Sequence record: NC_048170.1
Direction: 5' to 3' (one strand)
DNA: 64,000 bases
The first letter of the stretch is position 1. Each line of letters begins with the position of its first letter. A model generated the notes under the pieces. The model was not told where the DNA came from, searched no databases, and was given only the letters and a program-made list of their open reading frames with translations. The position numbers were made by a program, and so were the translations under genes. Positions 37,174 to 46,470 of the stretch are shown in pieces.

Positions 37174-37234
37174 ACGGTTTCCTTATCAACTGGGGTATTG
37201 CAAATACAATACCCGTCGTCGGACGATAAGTTAA

Positions 37235-39793
37235 TTACTGCTCTTCACGTTCCAGCAGATACTCGGAAGCGGTAATACCGTTTACCGTACGTACTGCTTT
37301 CAGACGAGTATCATCACTCAGAATCACGGTAACAGATTGCAGACCTTTTACTTTGGTTTCGAAGGTCTTGAACACCTGATCCAGCATACGAGCAATGCTT
37401 GGGTTGGTTGCAGCCGATGCGTGGGTGTAACCGCTTTGGTTCAGCTTCAGAATCTTGGCGTTGGTCGGTACGCGAACAACAACATGCGGACGCATCGCGA
37501 ATACGCTGTGATTGAACCAGTAAGCGTCGTTACTATCTTCGTCGGTAACGATGTCTGGATTAACACGCATATCCTCGACAGCCGCATCCGCCAAACGACG
37601 TTCGATTTCATCGGCGTCCAGAGAGCCATCTTTCTCCAGTTCTGCACGATACTCACTCATGGCAACCAGATGACGTTCACGATTCGCTGCGGATTTTTCG
37701 TGAGCGGCTTTCAGGTAGTCATGCATGTTGTACAGTTCTGCCATGGAAAGACGAATGTTCCACTGACCTTCGCCATCGCGATTGCAGTAGAGACACTTCA
37801 GCATGTTGACCCAGGTATAGTAGCAATTGGCGAATTCATCTTCAATGAACTTCTGGTCCATTTTAAGATCGTGAATCAGCCAACCGGACAGTTCTCCGAT
37901 ATCATCAACGAAGCTAGAGATGGTGGTTTCAGAGAAGTTCTTCGGTACGATACGTTTGATCAGCTTATTGACGTCTTTGGTCATGCTATCGTTCAGGAAA
38001 TGCCAGATACGCAGAGGAATGACATCTCGATACTGTTGCATGATCTGACGATAAGCTTTGATATCGTCGCTACGACCTTTATCAATAGACAACGCATCCA
38101 GGAATTCATGGATTGCATCCAGCTCTTTGTCGGTATAGGTTCCCAGATAGGAATTGACGGTGGCCAGGAATGCTAATGCGTCGTTTTGGTTGACGTCGGT
38201 GTTGGTCTGCTGAATGATCGCCACTGCAGCTTTAGTTTCAGCATCCTCAACGCTTGACGCTGCGATCGCGTCGGTGACGGTAAACAGTTTCATTTCGCGC
38301 TGCTCACCGACAACGATTGGCTCACGCTGAACCGGCTTGTTAAGACTAACGCGAACAACTTCTGCTTGCGCGATACGATCCAGTTTTGCCATTTCCTGCT
38401 CTGCCATACGACGAGCGGTTGGATCTGATTCAAGTTCGATGTATTCCACTTCTTCCTCCGTGAGGGATGTAATGTCAACAATGGTTTCATGAAGAATTCC
38501 GTTTTCGTCGATACGTGCTCGACGAGCGAAGTGCCTGAAGTCATACAACGTCGGCCAACGACTATTAGGTGCAAAGTCTTTGGCTTTCAGACGCATCTGC
38601 ATAAATTCTTCATGTTGAACAACACGACCGTAACGCTTAGCATCTTCGGTCGCATCAATTGGATTAACGGTCTTTGTTGCCGTAGCGGAACGAGCCGTAC
38701 GAACCGGTTCCGGTTTCACCTGCGCCGGTTCAGGTTGAACGGGTTTCTGCTGTCCAGCCTTAACATGCCATTCTGGCTCTTCGTACTGTTCAGCAAATTG
38801 CTCAGCCGCTGCAAAGATATCGTTGATACCACCAATATCTCCTTCAGGATTTGTCGAGTAAATCCGTGGTTGCGGTGCCTCGTAACGCGGCGCTGTAGCA
38901 GCAGGTGCCTCATCAACGATAGGATCATCATCACCGACATCATACAAACGGTTGAACGCACAATCCTTCGAATCAATGTACGATGGTGTTTGTGGTTGGA
39001 CAACCGTAGGCCGAGGTTGTGTGCCGTATCCTGGTGTTGTTGGAGCCATACCACGCATAACTGCTGGGTTAGGTTGGTATTGTGGTTGTGGGTAGGTTCC
39101 ACCATACATGGCGTACGCAGGCTGTTGTGGTTGACCATACCCGTTGCTAACCATCGCACTTGCTTGCGGCCCACGATAAGTCATCCCCATCTGCATCACC
39201 TGCTGCTTCAAACCACGTGACTTCTGCGCGATTTGCGCTAGGCTTCCGCTTTTATTCAGCTGCGTGTACTTATTCGCGGCTTCCGGGTTAATGCGTGATA
39301 ATTCAATCGCGCGATAATATTCCGGGTACTGATTCGGTTCAAAGAGCCACGTTACAAGATGATACAGCGCAACTGTACTCACGGCAGCAGAGACGATCTG
39401 GTCGTCGGACGCGTTCTGTGGCATCGGGTTGATGTAAGAGAACACGTTCCAACAACAGTCTTCAACAAGCGATTCCATCATCATATCGTTATTGGTATAA
39501 CGTGCGACGAACTCGGTTTGTATTTTGTCTTGCTGAGCGAAGTCTTTCAGGACATTAAAGATGGCTTGACGGATTTTGACGATCGTCGCTTCTTGGGTGA
39601 TGAAGTTATAGTTCTGCTGATATGAGGGTTGTTGGTATTGTGGTGGTTGATAGGCGTTATTCGGGTATGCGCCGTACGGCGATTGCTGATACTGTTGCTG
39701 ACGAACCTGTTCAGCCGCATAATTAATCGTGCTCGTATAAGGGTTTTCGCTATAGCCCATTTGTTGATACATGTTGTTACTGCCATTATACAT
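37235..39793 (-). CDS. Conserved hypothetical protein with Q/Y/P/N-rich low-complexity regions (852 aa)
   Basis: Directly downstream of the RNAP subunit gene; AAGGA RBS. Confidence 0.85.
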   Translation of the reverse strand: MYNGSNNMYQQMGYSENPYTSTINYAAEQVRQQQYQQSPYGAYPNNAYQPPQYQQPSYQQNYNFITQEATIVKIRQAIFNVLKDFAQQDKIQTEFVARYTNNDMMMESLVEDCCWNVFSYINPMPQNASDDQIVSAAVSTVALYHLVTWLFEPNQYPEYYRAIELSRINPEAANKYTQLNKSGSLAQIAQKSRGLKQQVMQMGMTYRGPQASAMVSNGYGQPQQPAYAMYGGTYPQPQYQPNPAVMRGMAPTTPGYGTQPRPTVVQPQTPSYIDSKDCAFNRLYDVGDDDPIVDEAPAATAPRYEAPQPRIYSTNPEGDIGGINDIFAAAEQFAEQYEEPEWHVKAGQQKPVQPEPAQVKPEPVRTARSATATKTVNPIDATEDAKRYGRVVQHEEFMQMRLKAKDFAPNSRWPTLYDFRHFARRARIDENGILHETIVDITSLTEEEVEYIELESDPTARRMAEQEMAKLDRIAQAEVVRVSLNKPVQREPIVVGEQREMKLFTVTDAIAASSVEDAETKAAVAIIQQTNTDVNQNDALAFLATVNSYLGTYTDKELDAIHEFLDALSIDKGRSDDIKAYRQIMQQYRDVIPLRIWHFLNDSMTKDVNKLIKRIVPKNFSETTISSFVDDIGELSGWLIHDLKMDQKFIEDEFANCYYTWVNMLKCLYCNRDGEGQWNIRLSMAELYNMHDYLKAAHEKSAANRERHLVAMSEYRAELEKDGSLDADEIERRLADAAVEDMRVNPDIVTDEDSNDAYWFNHSVFAMRPHVVVRVPTNAKILKLNQSGYTHASAATNPSIARMLDQVFKTFETKVKGLQSVTVILSDDTRLKAVRTVNGITASEYLLEREEQ

Positions 39794-39827
39794 TTCTTAC
39801 GATCCTTTTTATTTATTCGGTTATGTG

Positions 39828-41627
39828 TCAATCGATTATGTCGCGATCGTTAATTTCTACAATTTCTTCATCGAATCGACCGACGTCTTTCTTCAAGCCT
39901 GCATTGGTTGCTGCAACGTCATTTGCAATTTGTGGGGTAATGATTAACCGACCGCGCTCATCGATAGGTGCGTACATACTGAACTTCTGACGTCCGGTTG
40001 GTTCGGAGTGTGGAAGATTCAGATAGCTTGCACAGAACGGGATGGAACCACTAACCAAACGACTCTCGTCAGCCAATGCAGCACCGCCTGCGTTTTGGCT
40101 CTGGAGAACAACATGCGTGCTCACTTTGAACAGCATGCAATCACCAGGTGACTGAATCGATGTTGCCACTTTCTCACGTTTATCACGATTGCTCTGGATA
40201 TTGAGAATCGCTTCCGTTGCAACTTGATTTCGCAACGCCTTCTGTACATCGCGATTGGTCATCTCTTTACGGTTGTTCTGTCGTTTACCACGTTCTGTGG
40301 TTTTAAGATGGAACCCCAGTTTAAAGATGCTCTTACGCACATCCTCCATGACATATTCCAACACCATCAATTCCTTACCGAACATCGTCGTGGTATCAAC
40401 ACGACTCATTTCGATAGTGACATTGTCAATCAGATACGCCATAAATTCGTAGAAGTCGTCGCAAGGAATATTTTCCTGTTTGAACTTCTTCTGTTGAATC
40501 TCGTCAACGTAAAGATCGAGACTGTCGATGTGGTGGTTTACATCACGCAACAAACGCGCATCCGCATTGTTGTTATTAAAGATAATCAAACCGAGTAATG
40601 TACGCCAATGGTCTGGCGCATTCGCGAACTCCTCAACCGGATAGTCTTCCGGAAAACGATCGTAATAACGGTCGATGAGATACAAGAATGCACCGACAAG
40701 GCCAAGAACAATACGTTCCGTGCCTCCACGTCTTACAGCAATTTGAATATCAGGATGTTTGTAACGTACAGCGCTAGCGCTACGGCTTTTACCGCTTTTG
40801 CTGATACTAAAGCCTTTAGGAATAACCCCCATGGTGCGATAGATTACCCATTGGTCACGCGGAAAATCACGTTCAGCAAGGTTCCGTCCGGTTACGGCTT
40901 CGACACCTGCAAAACGTCGGAAACACTCACCCACCCCGTACTTCGCAAAGAGATAGTGACCCAGTGTGGTTACGCTGGTGTGGTTGATGTTGTCACCGTT
41001 CACTTTACTTTGTTTAGTAAGATGATAGATTTGCGACCAGGGTAATGACAGGTAATGACGATAATCGATACCGGTCGGTGTATCATTGCTCAGGAACTGA
41101 TACGGTGTACGTTTAACCGTGATTTTGTCACGCGGAAGCATGATGAACGCCATGTCTTTCGTGTAACTGATTACGGGGTCAGCGAGTACCGCACTGAGAA
41201 TGAAGTTCGCACCACGTAGACGCATTTTACCACCCTGACCTACCGCGGGCAATAGGAGAGGATGTCGGATAATGCAGTAGTCCTTTCCTGGTTCACGACG
41301 GTCACCTGATTCCATCGCGCCGTACCAGCGGAATTCCAGCATCACCATAAACACATCGGAAGGCGCAAGGTCGAAGGTCAGCTTACCGCTATCCTTCCCT
41401 TTGGTTTTCTTTCCTCCGCTTAAGTAGTGGAACTGTTCGCGGGCCATACAACGACGCAGGCCATGATACACCAGATCCTTAGGTAAACTATCTTTGCTGT
41501 TCCGCCAAAGACGATCAACATAGGACTCAACATCTTGCATCTTATCGACGACGATGTTGCGTGCTATCTTCTCGTTCATCTTCGGTGCAAGCTCAGCGAC
41601 AGCTTTGCAGAATCTAGGATCCATCAC
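39828..41627 (-). CDS. Non-virion RNA polymerase beta-type subunit (phiKZ gp123-like)
   Basis: HPLLLPAVGQGGKM..RG..F..SAVLADP and FGKELMVLEYVM segments; position two genes downstream of the MCP. Confidence 0.75.
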   Translation of the reverse strand: MMDPRFCKAVAELAPKMNEKIARNIVVDKMQDVESYVDRLWRNSKDSLPKDLVYHGLRRCMAREQFHYLSGGKKTKGKDSGKLTFDLAPSDVFMVMLEFRWYGAMESGDRREPGKDYCIIRHPLLLPAVGQGGKMRLRGANFILSAVLADPVISYTKDMAFIMLPRDKITVKRTPYQFLSNDTPTGIDYRHYLSLPWSQIYHLTKQSKVNGDNINHTSVTTLGHYLFAKYGVGECFRRFAGVEAVTGRNLAERDFPRDQWVIYRTMGVIPKGFSISKSGKSRSASAVRYKHPDIQIAVRRGGTERIVLGLVGAFLYLIDRYYDRFPEDYPVEEFANAPDHWRTLLGLIIFNNNNADARLLRDVNHHIDSLDLYVDEIQQKKFKQENIPCDDFYEFMAYLIDNVTIEMSRVDTTTMFGKELMVLEYVMEDVRKSIFKLGFHLKTTERGKRQNNRKEMTNRDVQKALRNQVATEAILNIQSNRDKREKVATSIQSPGDCMLFKVSTHVVLQSQNAGGAALADESRLVSGSIPFCASYLNLPHSEPTGRQKFSMYAPIDERGRLIITPQIANDVAATNAGLKKDVGRFDEEIVEINDRDIID

Positions 41628-41663
41628 ACACTCCTTTCAGAAAGTTGCTTAAGCAGATTAAAG

Positions 41664-43100
41664 TTACTTTTTCGATGACGCCTTCTCAAGAATCTTGAAA
41701 AAGGTCATACCTATACCGACAACAGCCGCGGTTATACTCGCAGCGGCTTTCCAAACATCGACGTTACGTTGACGTCGCGCTTCTTCCGCTTCACGTTGTC
41801 TTTTTGCCTCTTCATCACGTCGACGTATCTCAGCCGCAAACTCGTCATGCTTACGTTTGGCTTCTTCGTCTCGACGACGAAGTTCAGCGACGAATTCTTC
41901 ATGTTTGCGTTTAGCCTCGTCGTCACGACGTTTTAAATCAGCTTGATAATCTTCGTGTATTTGTCTACGTAGATCATCTTGACGTTTCATTTCGGCTTGG
42001 TGTTGTTCCATCCTACGTTTTTGTTCGTCTTTAAGCTGATCGAGTTCGGCTTTATGTTGTTCATCACGCAGCTTTGCGTCGGCGCGATGCGCCTCATGCA
42101 TCTGTGCGATAACTGCCTTGTGTTCATCCGCCATACGTCGCATTTCAGCCATCACCCCTTTAAGGGTTTCTTCTGATGCCTTACGTTCGTAGCTACGTTG
42201 GTCGAAATCATTTTTGTAGGCTTCTTTTTGGATGGGGTCGCGCCAATGCAATGCCGATTCACGCGTCGGAAAAACATTGTACTTCCACATCTCTTTTTCC
42301 AAATCTTCGACCGGTACGAAGACGGAGTCATTATTCCCGAAGGTAACCAACATACCTGGCGCGCCTGCTCCATTCGTTGGTTTTATTTCGAACGCTTTCC
42401 CCAACACGTTAACCCATAAGCTATACGGATTATGAAAGTCGGGCGGCGTCCAATGGATAGTGAGTTGCGTTCCGAGAATCCGGAAACCCTCTGTTTTTCC
42501 CGTCAAGCTCCGCGCGCACGTTGCGATGTAGGGGTGATCAATCCCTTTCGTAACGTGGTCTGCGCTTTTGTATTCTCCTTTAACTTTTACGATTGCCACG
42601 TTGATTTGCGCGACATAAGCGGGTTGATTAAAGTTCAACGTGTTGAGGTCAATTTGACATATTTCATCCAGCGTATCGTACCAGTCTTGCTGGTCTAATA
42701 GACGCGGCATTTTCTCTGTGTTAACAATACGACGGATATGCGGTTTCCTTATCGCGTAACCTGTGCCGTTTTTAACACGGAGTATATCCCGACGTCTACC
42801 CGCGTAGACGAAGTTTCTGAATGCACCATTCGCATTAGATACGTCATGGCTGTCAACTATTACAGGACTACGAAATTTTGAACGTCGTACGATCCTGAAT
42901 GTATTGCCGTCCTCAACCCTACCAGGAATGTACTGGAACATATTGTCGGAGGTGATAACCAACACGGTATGGCCAGATTCATTAATACATGCCCATCCTA
43001 ATTCCAGGTCATATAACGGTTCAGCATAACCGTCAATGCGATATGCGTGCGTACCATCCCACGGTTCGAACGCAGTATCACATATTGGCATGGAGGGCAT
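41664..43100 (-). CDS. Early protein with charged coiled-coil repeats and C-terminal TM anchor (~478 aa; phiKZ gp122-like by synteny)
   Basis: GGAGG RBS before ATG at 43100; 3x 18-aa E/R/K repeats; hydrophobic AAASITAAVVGIGMTFF near the end. Confidence 0.85.
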   Translation of the reverse strand: MPSMPICDTAFEPWDGTHAYRIDGYAEPLYDLELGWACINESGHTVLVITSDNMFQYIPGRVEDGNTFRIVRRSKFRSPVIVDSHDVSNANGAFRNFVYAGRRRDILRVKNGTGYAIRKPHIRRIVNTEKMPRLLDQQDWYDTLDEICQIDLNTLNFNQPAYVAQINVAIVKVKGEYKSADHVTKGIDHPYIATCARSLTGKTEGFRILGTQLTIHWTPPDFHNPYSLWVNVLGKAFEIKPTNGAGAPGMLVTFGNNDSVFVPVEDLEKEMWKYNVFPTRESALHWRDPIQKEAYKNDFDQRSYERKASEETLKGVMAEMRRMADEHKAVIAQMHEAHRADAKLRDEQHKAELDQLKDEQKRRMEQHQAEMKRQDDLRRQIHEDYQADLKRRDDEAKRKHEEFVAELRRRDEEAKRKHDEFAAEIRRRDEEAKRQREAEEARRQRNVDVWKAAASITAAVVGIGMTFFKILEKASSKK

Positions 43101-43250
43101 CGTCAACCTCCATCAGATTGAAAACTATCACGCATAATACATTTCCCTTTTTCTTGTTCTTATCAAGCCGACAGCCGACGGTTTCAGCATCGTTCCTAGC
43201 GCGAGAACGACCTTACGTGTTGTCTATGCCTTATTCATCGCAGGCGTCTG

Positions 43251-43275
43251 TCACCTAGGTAATGTAAGCGTCAAA
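43251..43275 (-). promoter_or_regulatory. Early promoter motif, core TACATTAC
   Basis: Minus strand tttgacgctTACATTACctaggtga, right after the MCP terminator and upstream of the operon carrying the nvRNAP subunit. Confidence 0.75.
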
Positions 43276-43309
43276 TTTTTTCTATTCGCAACGATAAACG
43301 GCATAGAAA

Positions 43310-43339
43310 CCTCCCCCAACCCTTACGGGCTGAGGGAGG
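43310..43339 (-). terminator. Hairpin family variant ending the MCP transcript
   Basis: Minus strand cctccc...ccc-GTAA-ggg...gggagg, then tttctatg. Confidence 0.75.
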
Positions 43340-43351
43340 CTGACTTATGTA

Positions 43352-43441
43352 TCACGGTGCCGGATGAATGTCCGGTGCAATGAAACCATCTGCAACGTTG
43401 TCATCAAGAATATCATCCAACGAAGCAGCTACGGTAGTTCA
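43352..43441 (-). other. In-frame readthrough extension of the MCP (UGA + 28 codons + UGA)
   Basis: ...VQTN-TGA-TTVAASLDDILDDNVADGFIAPDIHPAP-TGA; matches the C-terminus of the 180-aa virion protein. Confidence 0.7.
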
Positions 43442-45661
43442 GTTAGTCTGAACCGGCAGCTTGATGTTTTCAGTGTAGACCTTACGCAGGTTCACAACGT
43501 TAATCAGACCCAGCAGCGGGCAGTTGTTAACGAAGCGGCAGCGCGGCTGAACCATGGTTTCTTTAGAAACCTGACCGTTACGGGTAACCTGAGCAACAGA
43601 TACCAGTTCCGGTACATACAGGAACATACCGAAGGTCAGCGGATCCGGAGAACCCTGGATACCACGAGACAGGGTCACGAAGATCTTATCGCGCAGCATG
43701 ACGTTCGGGTTATCTACAACCACGAAGTTGAAGCTTACACCAACGGTACGGAAATCGCCATCGGTCTGCAGGAACTGCGGGATGTAGTTGTCAGTTGCTA
43801 CTACGCAACGCGGTTTCTCATCAGCGTTGGAAGACAGCAGCTGCAGAGCTGGCTGATAACCAGACTCGGAGTACATGCGGTATGCCATCTCACGAATCAC
43901 GTTCATGATCGCAGCAGACACTTCAGCACGACGTTCTGCAGTGGTGGTACCCTGAACAGATTTCTCCAGGTCCAGATTGATTTCTTCGAACCACGGACGG
44001 ATCAGGTAACGACCGAAACCTTCGATCTGGATGTCACCGAACTGACGGAAGCGAGAGGTCGCAACCGCTTTCAGTGCGTCTTTGTAGCTGAACAGTTTCT
44101 CAACCATCAGGTTGTCGAAACGTGCGTTAGCAGCTTGGATCAGAACGTCCAGGTCAGCAGCGTTTTCTTCCCAATCCAGCGGACGAGGAATGGAGAACGG
44201 AGCCAGCAGGCCGATTGCGTAACGTTCTTGCTTCATGTTGAAGTCAAGGTGCTTACCGCGCTCACGACGGTTGCTGTTGTTACGACGGATACGCAGTTCG
44301 TAACCAACCAGTTTGAAGCTCAGGTCTTCAGCCAGTTGTTTGAACTCTTCGCTCTTACGCGGTTGTTCGATGTTGTCCTGATCAACCAGGCGATACAGTT
44401 CAGCGTTAGCGCCGTTAACACGCAGACCCGCTTTCTCTACGTTGGAAGAACCGTAAACTTCGATCGCCAGCTGAGCAGCGGATTTCGCATCGATGATGTC
44501 CTGCAGCGCTTCGGCTTTCGCACCTTTAACGTCTTTGGTGTTCTCATCAACGAAGATGGAGTGGGTGTCGAACGCCAGGGTCATTTTGCGGAAGTCGCCT
44601 TCCAGGGATTTCTGGAAACCGTTGGTGATCAGACCAGATACGTCGAACGGTACGTAAGAGGTTTTGCTGTGCTTGGTAGATTTGATTTCCACCAGGATTT
44701 TGGTCAGCGTGATCTGAGCATCCAGCGCGTCGGTGTTGTCGCTGTAACCGTTAGCCAGAATGCTGTCGTCTTCAGCGATACCGATCATGTCGATCAGTTT
44801 ATCAACAGCCAGGTAAGACGTTTTATAAGTTACGCCTTTAATTTCGATGTCGCGCGGAGCAACGATAGCTTTGTCAACGAAGTACTGCGCGTTAGCATCG
44901 TCAGCACGATAGATCGGATGCAGATCGGTCACGTCGTTGGACAGAACGTCGTTATACATGAACGCATCCAGCAGCGGACGACGTACCCAATCAGCCGGAG
45001 TACCGTCAGCGTTACGACGCAGGTGGTTGAACACCAGCGGACGACGGAAAGATACGTCGTAACCGATCTGGTTCGGAGCCAGAACGATGGTGTTGTACAG
45101 TTCGTTACCCATGCGGCTCAGACGAGAAGCCTTCACGTTGAACACGACGGAGTACGGCATCATGTCACGCAGTTCTTTCTGGTCGTAGGACAGCTGAACC
45201 AGTTCTTCAGATTCGCAACCGCAGGAATCAGCAGCCATCATGACGAAGTTAGAGCTGTCAACTTCACGACCTGACGGAGTGGTGCTGATGTTCATGGAAC
45301 GTGCTTGTTTAGCATATTCTACCGGGTTGCCATGAGCCAGCATGATCAGTGCTGCTGCACGAGCCTGCTGTGCGTTCATGGTGAACAGCTGTTCTTCAAT
45401 ACGCTGCTTCTCTTCCGGAGTGGTGGTTTCGAAGCCCAGCAAGGTCAGAACCGGTTCTTCGGCTTTACGGATGTCGCTGCTGAAGCTCTTAACATCCATT
45501 TCGTTAACCAGTTTGTCCATGGATTTGAAATCAACCTTAGAAGCAGATTCCATAGACAGGAAGGTGTTCTCCAGACCTTTGTCTGCTGGTTTGCTACCAT
45601 TAGCGGTCAGGAACTGGCGAGTGGCCGCGACCTGTTGGCTAAGAAGGGTTTTATCATTCAT
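43439..45661 (-). CDS. Major capsid protein (phiKZ gp120-like)
   Basis: 740 aa; YSVVFN, YAIGLLAP, LTFGMFLYVPE and TMVQPR segments; extreme high-expression codon bias; next to the helicase. Confidence 0.92.
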   Translation of the reverse strand: MNDKTLLSQQVAATRQFLTANGSKPADKGLENTFLSMESASKVDFKSMDKLVNEMDVKSFSSDIRKAEEPVLTLLGFETTTPEEKQRIEEQLFTMNAQQARAAALIMLAHGNPVEYAKQARSMNISTTPSGREVDSSNFVMMAADSCGCESEELVQLSYDQKELRDMMPYSVVFNVKASRLSRMGNELYNTIVLAPNQIGYDVSFRRPLVFNHLRRNADGTPADWVRRPLLDAFMYNDVLSNDVTDLHPIYRADDANAQYFVDKAIVAPRDIEIKGVTYKTSYLAVDKLIDMIGIAEDDSILANGYSDNTDALDAQITLTKILVEIKSTKHSKTSYVPFDVSGLITNGFQKSLEGDFRKMTLAFDTHSIFVDENTKDVKGAKAEALQDIIDAKSAAQLAIEVYGSSNVEKAGLRVNGANAELYRLVDQDNIEQPRKSEEFKQLAEDLSFKLVGYELRIRRNNSNRRERGKHLDFNMKQERYAIGLLAPFSIPRPLDWEENAADLDVLIQAANARFDNLMVEKLFSYKDALKAVATSRFRQFGDIQIEGFGRYLIRPWFEEINLDLEKSVQGTTTAERRAEVSAAIMNVIREMAYRMYSESGYQPALQLLSSNADEKPRCVVATDNYIPQFLQTDGDFRTVGVSFNFVVVDNPNVMLRDKIFVTLSRGIQGSPDPLTFGMFLYVPELVSVAQVTRNGQVSKETMVQPRCRFVNNCPLLGLINVVNLRKVYTENIKLPVQTN

Positions 45662-45708
45662 TGAAAGTATCCTTTACAGAATTAACTTATATAAGTCGGT
45701 CGATAGAC

Positions 45709-45712
45709 CATA
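45709..45712 (-). promoter_or_regulatory. Possible late promoter core TATG upstream of the MCP
   Basis: TATG 47 nt before the MCP start; TATG is the described phiKZ late core, but it is only 4 bp. Confidence 0.3.
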
Positions 45713-45810
45713 GCGTACACGCGTGCATGCGCCACTATAGTATCAGTAAACACTTACCGTTATTGAGGTCGTGATACAACACTAAAAATGCCGCATAACT
45801 TTTCCCTACG

Positions 45811-46431
45811 TCATAAACGACGCAGGCGATAATGGATGGAACGATTGGTGCAATATGAACGGAACAGCGGCAATTGCGCAACTTCCGCAAGACTCATATT
45901 AATTCGCAGGTGTTCAATAACGGCGCTGTAGTTATCAGCAATACGATCGCTCAATAACTCTTCTGCCAATAAAGGAAGACAATCGACAACAATCGCGATC
46001 ACATCCTCATTAACATAACGCACCCGAACACTCAACGGACGTTTGTCTGGGCTGTAAGTTGGATCCGCCAAACGACGTTCAATATCACGCGGATAGCTCG
46101 TCAGTAAATGGTAATAACCATTGTCATAACGATTGATGTACTCGCACAGCACATCAACATTCTTCTCTGGCGGCAAACCTGTTTCGTCATAGTGATACGC
46201 AAACATACCACCAAGCAGGTTGTTAAGATGAACTGCAGGGTTCGCTTGTTCGTGTTCTTTCGTGATGAAGAAAGGCACGTTTTGAGCCGCGAAATAAAAA
46301 CCTACATCATTGGGCGATAGTATGCCGAAAAGACTTTTAGGATCTAATAACACCTGTAAGTCATCACGCGCATTTCGAATGATCGCGTGTTCTACCCAAT
46401 TCGGAACGACGAGATATCGGAGTTCCTTCAT
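45811..46431 (-). CDS. Conserved protein between helicase and MCP (206 aa; phiKZ gp119-like by synteny)
   Basis: GAGGT RBS; syntenic position. Confidence 0.75.
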   Translation of the reverse strand: MKELRYLVVPNWVEHAIIRNARDDLQVLLDPKSLFGILSPNDVGFYFAAQNVPFFITKEHEQANPAVHLNNLLGGMFAYHYDETGLPPEKNVDVLCEYINRYDNGYYHLLTSYPRDIERRLADPTYSPDKRPLSVRVRYVNEDVIAIVVDCLPLLAEELLSDRIADNYSAVIEHLRINMSLAEVAQLPLFRSYCTNRSIHYRLRRL

Positions 46432-46470
46432 TATGATTACCTCTTTGCAAGTATCGAAAGGATTGAGTCG

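Noticed and set aside
43439-43441. Genome-wide UGA recoding
   Set aside because: All other genes read as full-length under the standard code, and other TGA stops overlap the next start (ATGA) or are followed by a near-immediate stop, so any readthrough is locus-specific.
43364-45274. 636-aa ORF antisense to the MCP
   Set aside because: Shadow of the strong codon bias of the MCP; no RBS and non-protein-like composition.
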